Shown piece by piece: positions 1 to 15,826 of a stretch of DNA of 64,000 nucleotides; the stretch's first letter is position 1, and each line of letters opens with the position of its first letter. The notes under the pieces are model-generated. The model did no database searches and was not told the origin of the DNA. It worked only from the letters and a program-made list of their open reading frames with translations. The stretch is from an uncultured delta proteobacterium (GTDB lineage: Bacteria; Myxococcota_A; Polyangia; Fen-1088): NCBI GenBank assembly GCA_963767925.1, contig CAVYGB010000008.1, forward strand, positions 192,001 through 256,000. The letters are read 5' to 3'. A program made the position numbers and the translations under genes.

Positions 1-821
1 ATGTGGGACTCCAGGCGCCGCTTGGTGCGCAGGAAGAGCTCGCTCTCGAGGTGGGCGGGCTCGCGCGGACGGGGCACCCAGTTCTCCACCTGGGCCAGCA
101 GGCGCCCCGGGTTGGCCCCCATCACGAGGACCCGGTCGGCCAGGAACACCGCCTCGTCGAGGTCGTGGGTGATGAAGACGACGGTGACGTCGACGTTGCG
201 CCAGATCTGGATGAGGTGGCCCTGCATCTCGGCCCGGGTCTGGGCGTCGAGGGCCCCGAAGGGCTCGTCCATCACGAGGATGCGGGGACGGTTGACCAGG
301 GCGCGGGCGATCGCCACCCGTTGTTTCATCCCGCCCGAGAGCTGGTGCGGGTAGGCGTTGGCAAAGTGACTCAGGCCAACCATCTCGACCCAGGGGCGGG
401 CCTCCCGCTCGGCGACCGAGGGGTGCAGGCCGGCGATCTCGAGGCCGAACATCACGTTGCCCAGCACCGTGCGCCAGGGGAAGAGCGTGTAGCCCTGGAA
501 CACCATGCCCCGGTCCGAGCCGGGCCCCTCCACCTCCTTGCCGTCGACCAGCACCCGCCCGCCGCTCGGGCGGTCGAGGCCGGCGATGATGCGGCCGATC
601 GTGCTCTTGCCGCAGCCGGAGGGGCCGATCACACAGAGCAGCTCGCGGCGGTGCACCTTGAAAGAGAGCTGGTCGAGCGCCCGCACCGGGCCGTCTTCGC
701 CCTCGAACACCCGGCAGATGCCGTCGACCTCCAGCACCACCGGCCGGGCGTAGACCTTGGCGAAGCGATCGCGCGCCGCCGGGGGCGGCTCCTCGAGCGC
801 CGGCACCGCGGAGCTGCTCAC
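1..821 (-). CDS. ABC transporter ATP-binding protein, NitT/TauT family (3' end runs off the window)
   Basis: Manual translation from GTG at 821, which overlaps the permease stop (GTGA). Contains Walker A GPSGCGKST, Q-loop MVFQGYTLFPW, signature LSGGMKQR and Walker B ILVMDEPFGALD. Absent from the ORF track because it is truncated. Confidence 0.93.
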   Translation of the reverse strand, partial: MSSSAVPALEEPPPAARDRFAKVYARPVVLEVDGICRVFEGEDGPVRALDQLSFKVHRRELLCVIGPSGCGKSTIGRIIAGLDRPSGGRVLVDGKEVEGPGSDRGMVFQGYTLFPWRTVLGNVMFGLEIAGLHPSVAEREARPWVEMVGLSHFANAYPHQLSGGMKQRVAIARALVNRPRILVMDEPFGALDAQTRAEMQGHLIQIWRNVDVTVVFITHDLDEAVFLADRVLVMGANPGRLLAQVENWVPRPREPAHLESELFLRTKRRLESH

Positions 822-1855
822 GTGGCCCCCGCCGAGGCGGTCGACTTGCCCAGCCGGGCCGGCAGCAGGGCCCGGAACATCCGGGGCAGCGAGGAGCGGC
901 TCGCGGTGGGGTGCCAGGGGAACAGGTGGTGCGACAGGCGGGCCAGCAGCAGGTCCGTCCCCAGCCCGATCAGCCCGATCAGCATGATGCCGGCGTACAC
1001 GTTGGGGTAGTTGCGGTAGCGGGCCTGCTGGTTGATGAAGTAGGTGATGCCGGTGGTGGTGCCCACCAGCTCGGCCACGATGAGGTAGGTCCAGGCCCAG
1101 CCCAGCAGCACCCGCAGGTCGGTGTAGAGGTCGACGATCACCCCCGGCACGACCACCTTCCAGAGGAGCTGGCGCGGGCGGGCGCCCAGGGTCTGGGCCG
1201 CCTCGACCAGGCCGCCGTCGAGCCGGCGGGTCGTGTTGGCCACCACCAGCACCTGCTGGAAGAACGTCCCGATGAAGATGATGGCGACCTTGGGGGCGTC
1301 GTAGATGCCCAGCACCGCCACCGCAAGGGCGCCGAAGGCGGGAGCCGGCAGGTAGCGGAAGAACTCGATGAAGGGCTCGACCAGGCGCGAGCCGGCCGGG
1401 AAGGCCCCGCAGAGGATGCCGATCGGCACCCCCACCAGCGACGAGAGCAGAAAGCCCCAGAAGATGACCTGCAGGCTCCCCCAGAGGCTCTCGTGCAGCC
1501 ACGGCTCACCCGGCAGGCGCGGCGGGGTGCGGAAGGCGGCGTAGAGGGCGTGGCCAACCTCGTGGGGGGCGGGCAGATAGACCGGGTTGGCCGGCGAGCC
1601 AGTCGCGGGGGCCTTGCCCTCGGCCCGCGCCCGCTGGTTCTCCGCGGCGAAGGTCTCGCGGTCCAGCCGGGTCCCGGCCGGGTAGTCGGTCAGCCCACCC
1701 GGATCGGTGATCGCGACGTAGGGATGCCACAGAAAGGGCAGGTAGCTGAGCGCCGCCCACAGCAGCAGGGGCACGGTGAACGACGCCACCACCAGCAGCG
1801 CCCGCCGGGGGGGCGACACCGACTGGCGGATCGCGAGCCAGGGGGGTCGCGCCAT
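818..1855 (-). CDS. ABC transporter permease, NitT/TauT family
   Basis: C-terminal part of ORF 818..3076; ATG at 1855 (MARPPWLAIRQ). TM helices, FFRYLPAPAF, EAA loop LVEAAQTLGA, GWAWTYLIVAEL. Confidence 0.92.
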   Translation of the reverse strand: MARPPWLAIRQSVSPPRRALLVVASFTVPLLLWAALSYLPFLWHPYVAITDPGGLTDYPAGTRLDRETFAAENQRARAEGKAPATGSPANPVYLPAPHEVGHALYAAFRTPPRLPGEPWLHESLWGSLQVIFWGFLLSSLVGVPIGILCGAFPAGSRLVEPFIEFFRYLPAPAFGALAVAVLGIYDAPKVAIIFIGTFFQQVLVVANTTRRLDGGLVEAAQTLGARPRQLLWKVVVPGVIVDLYTDLRVLLGWAWTYLIVAELVGTTTGITYFINQQARYRNYPNVYAGIMLIGLIGLGTDLLLARLSHHLFPWHPTASRSSLPRMFRALLPARLGKSTASAGAT

Positions 1856-1863
1856 GGGCCGCC

Positions 1864-2952
1864 TTACAGCGCGGTCACCAGGTCGGGGGCGATGTAGTCC
1901 TCGGCGGACTGGGAGGCCTGGTAGACCTTGTTGGCCATGTTGAAGTCGTCGGCGATCTTCGTCGAGCCGTAGATCGACTCGAGGCCGTCGCCCCGGGCGA
2001 AGCGCTTCTTGGCCTCCTCGAGCGACAGGAAGTAGGTGCCGGGGACGGCGGCGGCGTACTCCTCGGGCTTGACCCCCACCTTGGCCGCCATGATCGCCAC
2101 CGCGTCCGCCTGGGTCTTGCTGTCGCGCACGTAGTCCGAGACCCGGAACCAGACCTTGACCACCTTGGTCCAGTCGTCGCGCCGCTGGGCCAGGCTCTCC
2201 GGCTTGACCGCCAGCGTGTCGTAGATGAGGCCCGGGACGTCGGCGCTGCTGAACAGCGACTTTGCCCCCGGCACCGCCTGGCGGGCCTGCCCGGCCACCG
2301 GGTACCAGGCCGCCACCGCGCTGACCTGGCCCGAGGCGAGGGCCTGGGGCGTGTTGTTGGTGGGGAAGTTGACGAGCTGGACGTCGGCCGGCTTCATGCC
2401 GAACTTCTCGAGCGCCTTGAGGAAGAGCAGGTGGTCCACCAGGGTGAGCTCGAGGCCGACCTTCTTCCCCTTCAGATCCTTGAAGGACTTGATGCCGGGC
2501 TTGGCGATGACCTGGTCGTTGCCGTTGCTGTAGTCGTTGATGAGGATGATCTTGCTCTTGGCGCCGGCGGCCCCCGTGACCAGGGCGTCGCCGTTCGTCA
2601 CGGTGACGGCGTCGACCTTGCCGGCGGTGTACGCCTCGAGCGAGGGCAGGTAGTCGAACCAGGAGAACGCGACCTCGACGCCCGCCTCCTTGAACCAGCC
2701 CTTCTGGATGGCGATCTCCCAGGCGGTCCAGCCCGGCCAGTCGCTGTAGGCGATCCGCAGCGGCGCCCGGGCCGGAGCGGCGAGGGGGGCGGCGGGCGCC
2801 GCCGTCGGCGCGGGCGCGGGCGCCTCGCTGCTCGTCTTGCAGCCGACCAGGCCCACCAGGGCCGGGATCAGCAGCATCGGCGCGGCGAGCCGCCGGAAGG
2901 ACGATCGGGAACCGGACGCGAGCGATGGACCAGGCGCCGAGGACTTGAGCAC
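1864..2952 (-). CDS. ABC transporter substrate-binding lipoprotein, NMT1/SsuA/TauA-like
   Basis: [11 protein letters not shown]...DYSNGND...DLKGKKVG; lipobox LVGC. GTG at 2952 follows the SD-like AAGAAAGGAA. Confidence 0.9.
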   Translation of the reverse strand: MLKSSAPGPSLASGSRSSFRRLAAPMLLIPALVGLVGCKTSSEAPAPAPTAAPAAPLAAPARAPLRIAYSDWPGWTAWEIAIQKGWFKEAGVEVAFSWFDYLPSLEAYTAGKVDAVTVTNGDALVTGAAGAKSKIILINDYSNGNDQVIAKPGIKSFKDLKGKKVGLELTLVDHLLFLKALEKFGMKPADVQLVNFPTNNTPQALASGQVSAVAAWYPVAGQARQAVPGAKSLFSSADVPGLIYDTLAVKPESLAQRRDDWTKVVKVWFRVSDYVRDSKTQADAVAIMAAKVGVKPEEYAAAVPGTYFLSLEEAKKRFARGDGLESIYGSTKIADDFNMANKVYQASQSAEDYIAPDLVTAL

Positions 2953-2967
2953 GGTGATTCCTTTCTT

Positions 2968-3045
2968 GGGCAGAGCTTGCGGGCTCTGCACCGCCGCGAT
3001 GGGCAGATCGGGACGAGCCCGTCGTTGCCCTTCGTGGCCCTGCGT
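2968..3045 (-). promoter_or_regulatory. Candidate structured 5' leader (riboswitch/attenuator-like) of the ABC operon
   Basis: On the - strand: stem GGGCA...TGCCC and a perfect 7-bp hairpin GCAGAGC-CCGCAA-GCTCTGC just before the SD. TCTGCCC occurs twice, allowing alternative pairing. Confidence 0.35.
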
Positions 3046-3081
3046 TCGTGAGCCCGCCGAGCCAGCGGCGACCCACCCCCC

Positions 3082-3148
3082 CTGGCGAGAATCTTTACCC
3101 GCGACCGTGTTTCACTCGGGTATCTCGGCGGTAAAGGTTCTTCGCCGG
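3082..3148. repeat. Long imperfect inverted repeat upstream of the ABC operon
   Basis: GGCGAGAATCTTTACCCGCGA (3084-3104) versus TCGGCGGTAAAGGTTCTTCGCC (3125-3146). Confidence 0.7.
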
Positions 3149-3218
3149 CGCGCAATCGGGCGGGCGCGCCGCCGGGCGTCTTCCATCGCAGCGGGCGTCC
3201 TCCGCGAGGAGGGCACCC

Positions 3219-4322
3219 TCACGGCTCCAGCCGCACCACCCGGTTGTTTCCCGAGTCGGCGATGAGGAGGCGCCGGCTCGCGTCCTCGAACACCCCGTGC
3301 GGGCGATTCAGCCCTTCGGCCAGGAGCACGATGCCCATCCCCGGGACGTATTTGCGCAGGCGATCGCTCTCGGTGTCGGCGATGAGGATGTTGTCGTCGG
3401 CGTCGACCGAGATGCGCTTGGGCGCGTCAACCGCGCCCGGCAGGTTCGTCACCGCGCCGGCGAGGTCGATTCTCTTGATCACGTTGCCTCCGTTCTGCAC
3501 GACGTAGAGGTTGCCCTGCGAATCGACGGTCACCACGCGGGGCGAGGGGGTGGCGACGCCGGTGACGGCCAGCGAGGTGAGGTCGATGATCTCGATGCGG
3601 CCGCCGCCCGTGTTGGTGAGGTAGAGGCGCTTCCCCGCCCGATCGAAGGCGAGGCAATAGGCGCCGCGCAGGCCGGGGATCAGGCGCGTGCCGGCGCCGG
3701 CGAAGGGCTCGATCGCGCCGCTGTCCGCGTCGAAGCGCAGGACCCGGTTGCCGAAGGTGTCGGCGACGAACAGGGAGCGGGTGCCCGGGCGAAACAGCAG
3801 GTCGTGGGGACGGTCGAGCCGGACGGCGCCGGCCGGGCCGCTGGCGCCCGGTCCCATCACGGTGTGGATGTTCCCCTGGGCGTCGATCCGCCGGACCCGC
3901 CCCCGTCCATATTCGGCGATGTAGATCTCGCCGGTCCGGGGATCGGTCACCGCGCCGAAGGGCTCCGCGAGGCGTGCCTGGCTGGCCGGGATGCCGTCGG
4001 CGTCCATGTCCCCGCCGGCCAGCACGACCAGGGTTCCCCGCCCGGGAGCGGGGGGCAGCGCCGGGGGCGCGTCCGCCGGGCCAGCGGCGTCCCCCTCCCC
4101 GGGGCCGGCGGCATCCGCGGCGGTGTCCGCCGCAGCGTCGATCGCACCGTCCCCGGCGGCGGTCCTGGCATCCGGCGATGGCGCCGGCGCCGCCGCGTCC
4201 ACCCTGCCCACGGTCTCCGACATGGCGTCCAGCGGGCCGGCCGCCGGCGTGGAATCGGAGCAAGCCGAGGTAACCAGGGACAAAGCGGCCAGGACGGAGA
4301 GCGACGTCTTCTTCACGTCCAT
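3219..4322 (-). CDS. NHL-repeat (beta-propeller) lipoprotein
   Basis: Lipobox VTSAC, an Ala/Asp/Pro linker, then repeats such as LAEPFG..IYIAEY, RPHDL..LFVADTFGNRV, RPHGV..LLIADSGNNRV. Confidence 0.85.
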   Translation of the reverse strand: MDVKKTSLSVLAALSLVTSACSDSTPAAGPLDAMSETVGRVDAAAPAPSPDARTAAGDGAIDAAADTAADAAGPGEGDAAGPADAPPALPPAPGRGTLVVLAGGDMDADGIPASQARLAEPFGAVTDPRTGEIYIAEYGRGRVRRIDAQGNIHTVMGPGASGPAGAVRLDRPHDLLFRPGTRSLFVADTFGNRVLRFDADSGAIEPFAGAGTRLIPGLRGAYCLAFDRAGKRLYLTNTGGGRIEIIDLTSLAVTGVATPSPRVVTVDSQGNLYVVQNGGNVIKRIDLAGAVTNLPGAVDAPKRISVDADDNILIADTESDRLRKYVPGMGIVLLAEGLNRPHGVFEDASRRLLIADSGNNRVVRLEP

Positions 4323-4394
4323 GAAGTGACGTGGTGCCCGCGCCACCGTGCGACGGTCGCTACCGCATAGAGTCACAATAACTGTAATACAGAT

Positions 4395-4403
4395 TGCTAT
4401 AAT
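4395..4403 (+). promoter_or_regulatory. Extended -10 sigma70-type promoter element (TGCTATAAT)
   Basis: Exact TGnTATAAT in an AT-rich patch about 80 bp before the kinase ATG; palindrome CTGTA-A-TACAG at 4382-4392 lies just upstream. Confidence 0.5.
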
Positions 4404-4482
4404 AGACGTGGAAACGATGGATCTGGAAACGTTTGCCCGGGACCGCCGCGGCTTCCTCACAACCATCAGTGAGCGCTGATCG

Positions 4483-6261
4483 ATGCACGCGCTGCTCAGG
4501 CGGCAGCTCGAGCGCCTCGACGTCGACGCCCAGCACCCGCCCTCGCCCCAGGCCTGGCGGGCGCTGATCGACGAGATCAGCCAGACCTACTCCGAGACCG
4601 ACCAGGTCGAGAGCCTGGGGGTCCTGCACGCCATCCACGAGGCGGCGCCCGACGGCATCCTCCTCATCGGCCCCGACCGCCGGGTGCTCGGGTTCAACCG
4701 CCGCTTCGCCCGCCTATGGAGGATGCCGGCCGGGCTGATGTCGGCCCGCGACGACGACAAGCTCCTCTCTTACGTCCTGCACCTCATGTCGGACCCCGAC
4801 GAGTTCATCCGGCGCGTGCTCCACCTCTACGAGCACCCGAGCGAGTCGAGCCGGGAGGAGATCAGGCTGGTCGACGGCCGGGTGCTCGACCGCTACTCGG
4901 CGCCGGTCCCCTCCGACCGGGGCGCCTGCGGGCGGGTGTGGTTCTTCCGGGACATCACCGCCCAGCGCTCGGCCGAGGAGGCCCTGCGCGAGCTGAACAG
5001 CCAGCTCGAGGAGCGGGTGGTGGAGCGGACCCGGGCCCTGGCCCAGGCCAACGGCGAGCTCGACGAGAACCTGCGCAAGCTGCGCGACACCCAGGAACAG
5101 CTCCTGCACGCCGGGCGGATGGCGGCGGTGGGGACGCTGGCCGCGGGCGTGGCCCACGAGATCAACAACCCCCTCACCTTCGTGATGAACAACCTGGGCT
5201 TCATCCGCGAGCAGCTCGACAGCCTGTGGGACGCCCAGCAGGTCCCCCCCGCCCAGACCCGGGAGATCCGCCAGGCCCTCGAGGACGTGGCCGACGGGGC
5301 CGAACGGGTGCGAGTCATCGTGCGCGACCTGCGGATCATGTCCCGCCCTCAGCCCGAGCAGCGCGCCCCGGTCGACGTCAACGGCGCCCTCGAGACCGCG
5401 GTGGGCTTCGCCGGCAATGAGCTGCGGCACCGGGCCCGGGTGGTGTGGAACCTGGGCGACGTCCCGGCGGTGTCGGCCAACGAGGCCCGCCTGGGGCAGG
5501 TGTTCCTCAACCTGATCGTCAACGCCGCCCAGGCGCTGCCCGACGAGGCGGCGCAGCGCAACGAGATCCGGGTGAGCAGCCGACTCGAGGACAATCAGGT
5601 TATCGTCGAGGTGGCGGACAACGGGGTGGGCATCCCCCGCGAGCACCTGCCCCGTCTCTTCGATCCCTTCTTCACCACCAAGCCGGCCGGCAAGGGCACC
5701 GGCCTGGGCCTCTCGATCTGCCACGCCATCGTCACCGGTCTCGGCGGGCGGATCGCAGTGGACAGCGCGGTGGGGCTGGGCAGCACCTTCCGGGTGGTGC
5801 TCCCGGCTGGCGTGCAGGATCTCCCCGAGATCCCCCGCCGGGCCAACCCGGCGGGCGGGGGCGGGCCGCGGGGCCGGGTCCTGGTGCTCGACGACGAGGA
5901 GCAGGTCGGAAAATCAATCCGCCGGGTCCTCAACGAGGACCACGAGGTGATCTGCGCCCGCAACGTGCGCGACGCCCTGGCCCTGATGGACGCGGCGGGG
6001 GCCTTCGACGTCGTCCTCTGCGATCTGATGATGCCCGGCCTGACGGGGATGAAGGAGTTCTACTCCGAGGTGAAGGACCGGCACCCCGAGTTCACCGACC
6101 GGATCGTCTTCATGGCCGGCACCTCCACCCCCGCGGGCGACGCCTTCCTGGCCCGCACCGGCAACCGCTGCATCGAGAAGCCCTGCGACCCGGCCAACCT
6201 CCGGGCGGTGGTGGCCGAGCTCGTCGCCCACCACCGCTCGCCCCGCCGGGCCGCCGGCTGA
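4483..6261 (+). CDS. Hybrid sensor histidine kinase (PAS-HisKA-HATPase-REC)
   Basis: PAS ending WFFRDIT, H-box [12 protein letters not shown]-box [28 protein letters not shown]-terminal [11 protein letters not shown]. Confidence 0.95.
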   Translation: MHALLRRQLERLDVDAQHPPSPQAWRALIDEISQTYSETDQVESLGVLHAIHEAAPDGILLIGPDRRVLGFNRRFARLWRMPAGLMSARDDDKLLSYVLHLMSDPDEFIRRVLHLYEHPSESSREEIRLVDGRVLDRYSAPVPSDRGACGRVWFFRDITAQRSAEEALRELNSQLEERVVERTRALAQANGELDENLRKLRDTQEQLLHAGRMAAVGTLAAGVAHEINNPLTFVMNNLGFIREQLDSLWDAQQVPPAQTREIRQALEDVADGAERVRVIVRDLRIMSRPQPEQRAPVDVNGALETAVGFAGNELRHRARVVWNLGDVPAVSANEARLGQVFLNLIVNAAQALPDEAAQRNEIRVSSRLEDNQVIVEVADNGVGIPREHLPRLFDPFFTTKPAGKGTGLGLSICHAIVTGLGGRIAVDSAVGLGSTFRVVLPAGVQDLPEIPRRANPAGGGGPRGRVLVLDDEEQVGKSIRRVLNEDHEVICARNVRDALALMDAAGAFDVVLCDLMMPGLTGMKEFYSEVKDRHPEFTDRIVFMAGTSTPAGDAFLARTGNRCIEKPCDPANLRAVVAELVAHHRSPRRAAG

Positions 6262-6267
6262 GCCGGG

Positions 6268-6978
6268 CTACCGGGCCCGTTCCAGGGCCCGGCGTTCGCG
6301 GCGGCGGCGCTTGCGGGCGTCGCGGGAGGACTCGCCGGGCAGGCGCATCTCGATGTGGACGCCGCCCATGAGGGCCAGGCCGGTCACCCGGAGCAGCGGC
6401 GCACCGGGGTCGGGCTGGGCGGGCGCGCGATCGACGTGATCGAAGCCGCCCATGATGGCGATCCCCTCGGACTCCACCGGCAGGTGAGGGGGCACGATGA
6501 TCTCGACCCCGCCCATCAGCGCGGCCACCCGCAGCTCGATCGGCCCGGGGGGCAGCCAGGCTTCGCGCAGGTCCAGCTTGGCGCCGCCCATCACCACGCC
6601 GACGTTGAGCGAGCGCGGCACCGTCCAGCTCCCCTTGCGCTCCATGCCGCCCATCACGGTGAACACCGTGCCCCGCTGCTTGACCGAGTGGGGCTGCAAC
6701 ACCGACCGGGTGGCGGGGGCCGGGGCCGGGGCGGCCGGGCGGTTCGGGCGCGCGGGCAGGTCGGCCACCAGCGACTGGATCTCGGTCAGGCTGTCGCTCC
6801 GCTGGGCCACCGTGACCCGGCGCTCGAACTCCTCGACGTCGATGAGATCGGTGGCGAAGGCTTCGCTCAGGCGGGCGATGGTCTGATCCCGAATGATGGT
6901 CGCCGGCCGCAGCGTGGTCACTCCGGGCGCGGCCAGCGTGCCACCGGCGGAACGTTCCCCATCCATGATCGGCATCAT
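6268..6978 (-). CDS. DUF1707 (SHOCT-like) plus LiaF-related C-terminal domain protein
   Basis: RDQTIARLSEAFATDLIDVEEFERRV; beta-rich MGG repeats (VMGG..RKGSW, MGGAKLDLREA, MGGVEIIVP). Confidence 0.85.
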   Translation of the reverse strand: MMPIMDGERSAGGTLAAPGVTTLRPATIIRDQTIARLSEAFATDLIDVEEFERRVTVAQRSDSLTEIQSLVADLPARPNRPAAPAPAPATRSVLQPHSVKQRGTVFTVMGGMERKGSWTVPRSLNVGVVMGGAKLDLREAWLPPGPIELRVAALMGGVEIIVPPHLPVESEGIAIMGGFDHVDRAPAQPDPGAPLLRVTGLALMGGVHIEMRLPGESSRDARKRRRRERRALERAR

Positions 6979-7039
6979 GGTCTCTCGCGGCTCGAATGCA
7001 AGCGGGGGTAGACGGGAGCTATTTTCGCGCCGCTGACCG

Positions 7040-8782
7040 TCAGTGCTCGGCGCTCAGCGGGGCGCCGCTGCCGTCGCTGGCGGTCGGGGACACGCTGGCC
7101 CCCACTGGCAGCACGACGGTGAACTCGGCGCCCTGGTTGGGCTTGCTCACCGCCCGGATGTCGCCGCCGTGGGCGGCCACGATCTGCCGGGCGATGTACA
7201 GCCCCAGCCCCAGGCCACCGTAGGTCGGAGAGGCCGCCCGCTCGAAGCGCTCGAAGATGTGGGGCAACTTGTCGGGATCGATGCCGATCCCCTGGTCCCG
7301 CACCCGCAGCACCGCCGAGTCGCCCTCCCCGCCGACCGTCACCAGCACCGGCTTGCCCCGGCCATATTTCAGGGCATTGGCCACCAGGTTGGTGACGAGC
7401 TGCTCGACCCGGATGCGGTCCCAGTGCCCGACCACCGGCTGTTCGGCCTGGATCTCCAGGGCGCAGCTCGCCCGGGCGATCTCCTCGCCAAAGCGGCTCA
7501 GCACCTCGCGCACCACCTCGCTGAGGTCGACCTGGTCGAGGTTGAGGTTGAGCGCGCCGGCCGAGATGCGCGACACATCGAGGAGGGAATCGATCAGCTT
7601 GGCCAGCCGCTGGAGCTGGCGCTCACACTTGGTCAGGGTCTCGCGCAGCTTGTCCGGGTTGGTCGACTCGACCCGCCGCTCGGGGTGGAGCAGCTTCTGG
7701 AAGTGGAGCAGCAAGGGGGTGAGCGGCGTGCGCAGCTCGTGCGAGGCGATGGAGAGGAACTCCTCCCGCAGGGCGACGGCCCGGCGGGCTTCCTTGTACA
7801 GCCGGGCGTTGTCGAAGGCGAAGGCGATGCGGTGGGCGAGATCCCGGGCCATCTCCAGATCTTCGGCCATGTAGCTCTCGGCCCGCCCGGTGAACAGCGC
7901 CAGGGAGCCCACGGCATGGTTGGCCAGGGCGATCGGCACCCGCAAGAAGGAGCGGCAGCCGGCCCGGCTCAGCAGGCGGGCCACCTCCGGATCCTCGAGC
8001 CGCTGGCGCAGGTCCTTCTCCTCGAGCCCGGCCGCCAGCTCGGTGCTCTCGGCCCGCAGCAGGCCCTCCAGGCCCGAGTCGTGGGCGGCGAGGCGCCGCC
8101 GCAACTCGGCCATCACCTCGTCCCGCTGCGAGTCGGCGTGTTTCAGGAAGAGGTGGGCCCCCAGGGCCCCCTCTCCGTCGCTGGCCTCCAGGAAACACCA
8201 GTCGGCGGTCCCCTGCACCGACAACGCCACCACCCCGGCGAGCGCCGGCCCCAGCTCGAGCGAGCTCAGGAGAGCTTCGCTCGCGTTGGCCAGGAAGCGG
8301 TGGCGCTCCTCGGTCTGGCGGCGCTGCTCGCGCAAGGCTTGCTCGCCCCGTTGCCGCTCCGCCTCCCGAAGCTTCTGCTCCTGCCGCCGGATCTGCTGCG
8401 ACTTGCGGTAGAGGTCTACGAACACCGCCACCTTGGCCCGCACCACGTCGGGGTCGATCGGTTTGATGAGGTAGTCGACCGCCCCCACCGAATAGGCCTT
8501 GTAGATGAGGCTGACGTCGCTGGCGTTGGCCGTGAGGAAGACGATGGGCGTGTCCCGGGAGGCCTCCCGCGCCCGCACCAGGCTGGCGGTCTCGAACCCG
8601 TCCATGCGGGGCATCATCACGTCGAGCAGGATGAGGGCGAAGTCGTGCTTGAGCACGAACTTGAGCGCCTCGGCCCCCGAGTGGGCCCTGACGATCCGGT
8701 ACTCCGGCTTGCTGAGGATGCCCTCGAGCGCCACCAGATTCTCGGGGTGGTCGTCGACGGCGAGGATGTCCACGGGCTCCAT
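7040..8782 (-). CDS. Hybrid response regulator/histidine kinase (REC-GAF-HisKA-HATPase)
   Basis: [55 protein letters not shown]. Confidence 0.95.
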   Translation of the reverse strand: MEPVDILAVDDHPENLVALEGILSKPEYRIVRAHSGAEALKFVLKHDFALILLDVMMPRMDGFETASLVRAREASRDTPIVFLTANASDVSLIYKAYSVGAVDYLIKPIDPDVVRAKVAVFVDLYRKSQQIRRQEQKLREAERQRGEQALREQRRQTEERHRFLANASEALLSSLELGPALAGVVALSVQGTADWCFLEASDGEGALGAHLFLKHADSQRDEVMAELRRRLAAHDSGLEGLLRAESTELAAGLEEKDLRQRLEDPEVARLLSRAGCRSFLRVPIALANHAVGSLALFTGRAESYMAEDLEMARDLAHRIAFAFDNARLYKEARRAVALREEFLSIASHELRTPLTPLLLHFQKLLHPERRVESTNPDKLRETLTKCERQLQRLAKLIDSLLDVSRISAGALNLNLDQVDLSEVVREVLSRFGEEIARASCALEIQAEQPVVGHWDRIRVEQLVTNLVANALKYGRGKPVLVTVGGEGDSAVLRVRDQGIGIDPDKLPHIFERFERAASPTYGGLGLGLYIARQIVAAHGGDIRAVSKPNQGAEFTVVLPVGASVSPTASDGSGAPLSAEH

Positions 8783-8803
8783 CAGGATTCAGGTCTTCCT
8801 GGA

Positions 8804-14869
<6,066 letters not shown>

Positions 14870-14964
14870 GGGTCCCCTCCAAGCGGGTGCAACGAATGGA
14901 GTGCGATCGTACGCTGAAACGCAGGGAAACGCCTATAGGGCACCGGCGTATAAGGAGCAGTCCC

Positions 14965-15063
14965 ATGGCCAAGGGGACTTACCTATTTTCGCCCCACCGG
15001 CCGCAGGGATCCGGTCCGATGAGCAGCCCCGGTTCCTTCCGGGTACCATCCGACTCGCCGTGA
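14965..15063 (+). CDS. Putative 32-aa upstream ORF (MAKGTYLFSPHRPQGSGPMSSPGSFRVPSDSP)
   Basis: SD TAAGGAG at 14951-14957; its TGA overlaps the GTG of the response regulator (GTGA, 15060-15063). Confidence 0.35.
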   Translation: MAKGTYLFSPHRPQGSGPMSSPGSFRVPSDSP

Positions 15064-15431
15064 CGGTCCTGGTAATCGACGATGACGACGGCGTCCGGGA
15101 GGCCATCCTCGACGTGCTGGAGGGAGCGGGGGTCCAGGCCCGCGGTGTGGCCAGCGGCGCGGAGGCGTTCTCCTACCTCGACGACAACCCCGTCCCCCGG
15201 CTCATCCTCCTCGACCTCGTCCTGCCCGACATGGCGGGCAGCGAGATCCGGAACCGCCTGCTCGCGCTCCCCCGGCTAGCCGGCGTGCCGGTCGTGCTCA
15301 TGAGCGCCAGCAGCAACCTGGAGGTGGAGGAGTCCTGCCAGCAGCTCGCCGGCCGCCTCCGCAAACCGTTCGAGCTGGAAACCCTGCTGGGGGTGGTCGG
15401 GCAGTTCGTCGCGGTCACGCCGGACGAATAG
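15060..15431 (+). CDS. Single-domain response regulator (CheY-like)
   Basis: VLVIDDDD...ILLDLVLP...VVLMSA...RKPF. Confidence 0.9.
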   Translation: MTVLVIDDDDGVREAILDVLEGAGVQARGVASGAEAFSYLDDNPVPRLILLDLVLPDMAGSEIRNRLLALPRLAGVPVVLMSASSNLEVEESCQQLAGRLRKPFELETLLGVVGQFVAVTPDE

Positions 15432-15504
15432 CCGGCGCGCGGGAGCTGGTGCAGAACCGCTGAAAGAAAGCGCCCGAGCGCCCCCGCCCCCCCGGCGAGC
15501 GGCC

Positions 15505-15774
15505 TCAGGCCGCGCGCGAGTAGGGGGTCCGCCGGCCGGCCCGCTTGAGGTCCCGGACCTGGGCCTGCTCGACGAGGTTTGCCACGTCGGCCCGGCGGGT
15601 CCGCCCCAGCCAGCGGCCCACGGTCCGGGTCGCCAGGTTGGCCACCACGTCCGGGTCCGAGGTCACGATCTCTGCCCGATCGAACGCGGCAGCGACGAGC
15701 TCACCGAAGCTCACGACCTTGCCCTCGACCGGTTTCCCTGCCCGAATTCGCGAAGAAGAAGATGCGTTTGCCAT
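15505..15774 (-). CDS. Small hypothetical protein (89 aa)
   Basis: ATG at 15774 with SD AAGGAG; sigma54-like promoter upstream; helical core FGELVAAAFDRA. Confidence 0.7.
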   Translation of the reverse strand: MANASSSSRIRAGKPVEGKVVSFGELVAAAFDRAEIVTSDPDVVANLATRTVGRWLGRTRRADVANLVEQAQVRDLKRAGRRTPYSRAA

Positions 15775-15810
15775 GTTCGTAGACTCCTTACCAACCGACT
15801 CGATACCCAC

Positions 15811-15826
15811 AGCAAGCGTCGTTCCA
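15811..15826 (-). promoter_or_regulatory. Sigma54 (-24/-12) promoter
   Basis: TGGAACG-ACGC-TTGCT on the - strand: GG-N10-GC, one mismatch to TGGCACG-N4-TTGCW. Confidence 0.7.

Noticed and set aside
3008..3022. mini-ykkC (guanidine-II) hairpin CGGG-ACGAG-CCCG
   Set aside because: It is on the strand opposite the transporter, single rather than paired, and has a 5-nt loop.
1856..3076. 752-aa permease
   Set aside because: The N-terminal part is an off-frame reading of the substrate-binding gene; the permease starts at 1855.
4382..4392. LexA/SOS box
   Set aside because: CTGT-N3-ACAG does not fit the N8 spacing; kept only as an unnamed palindrome.
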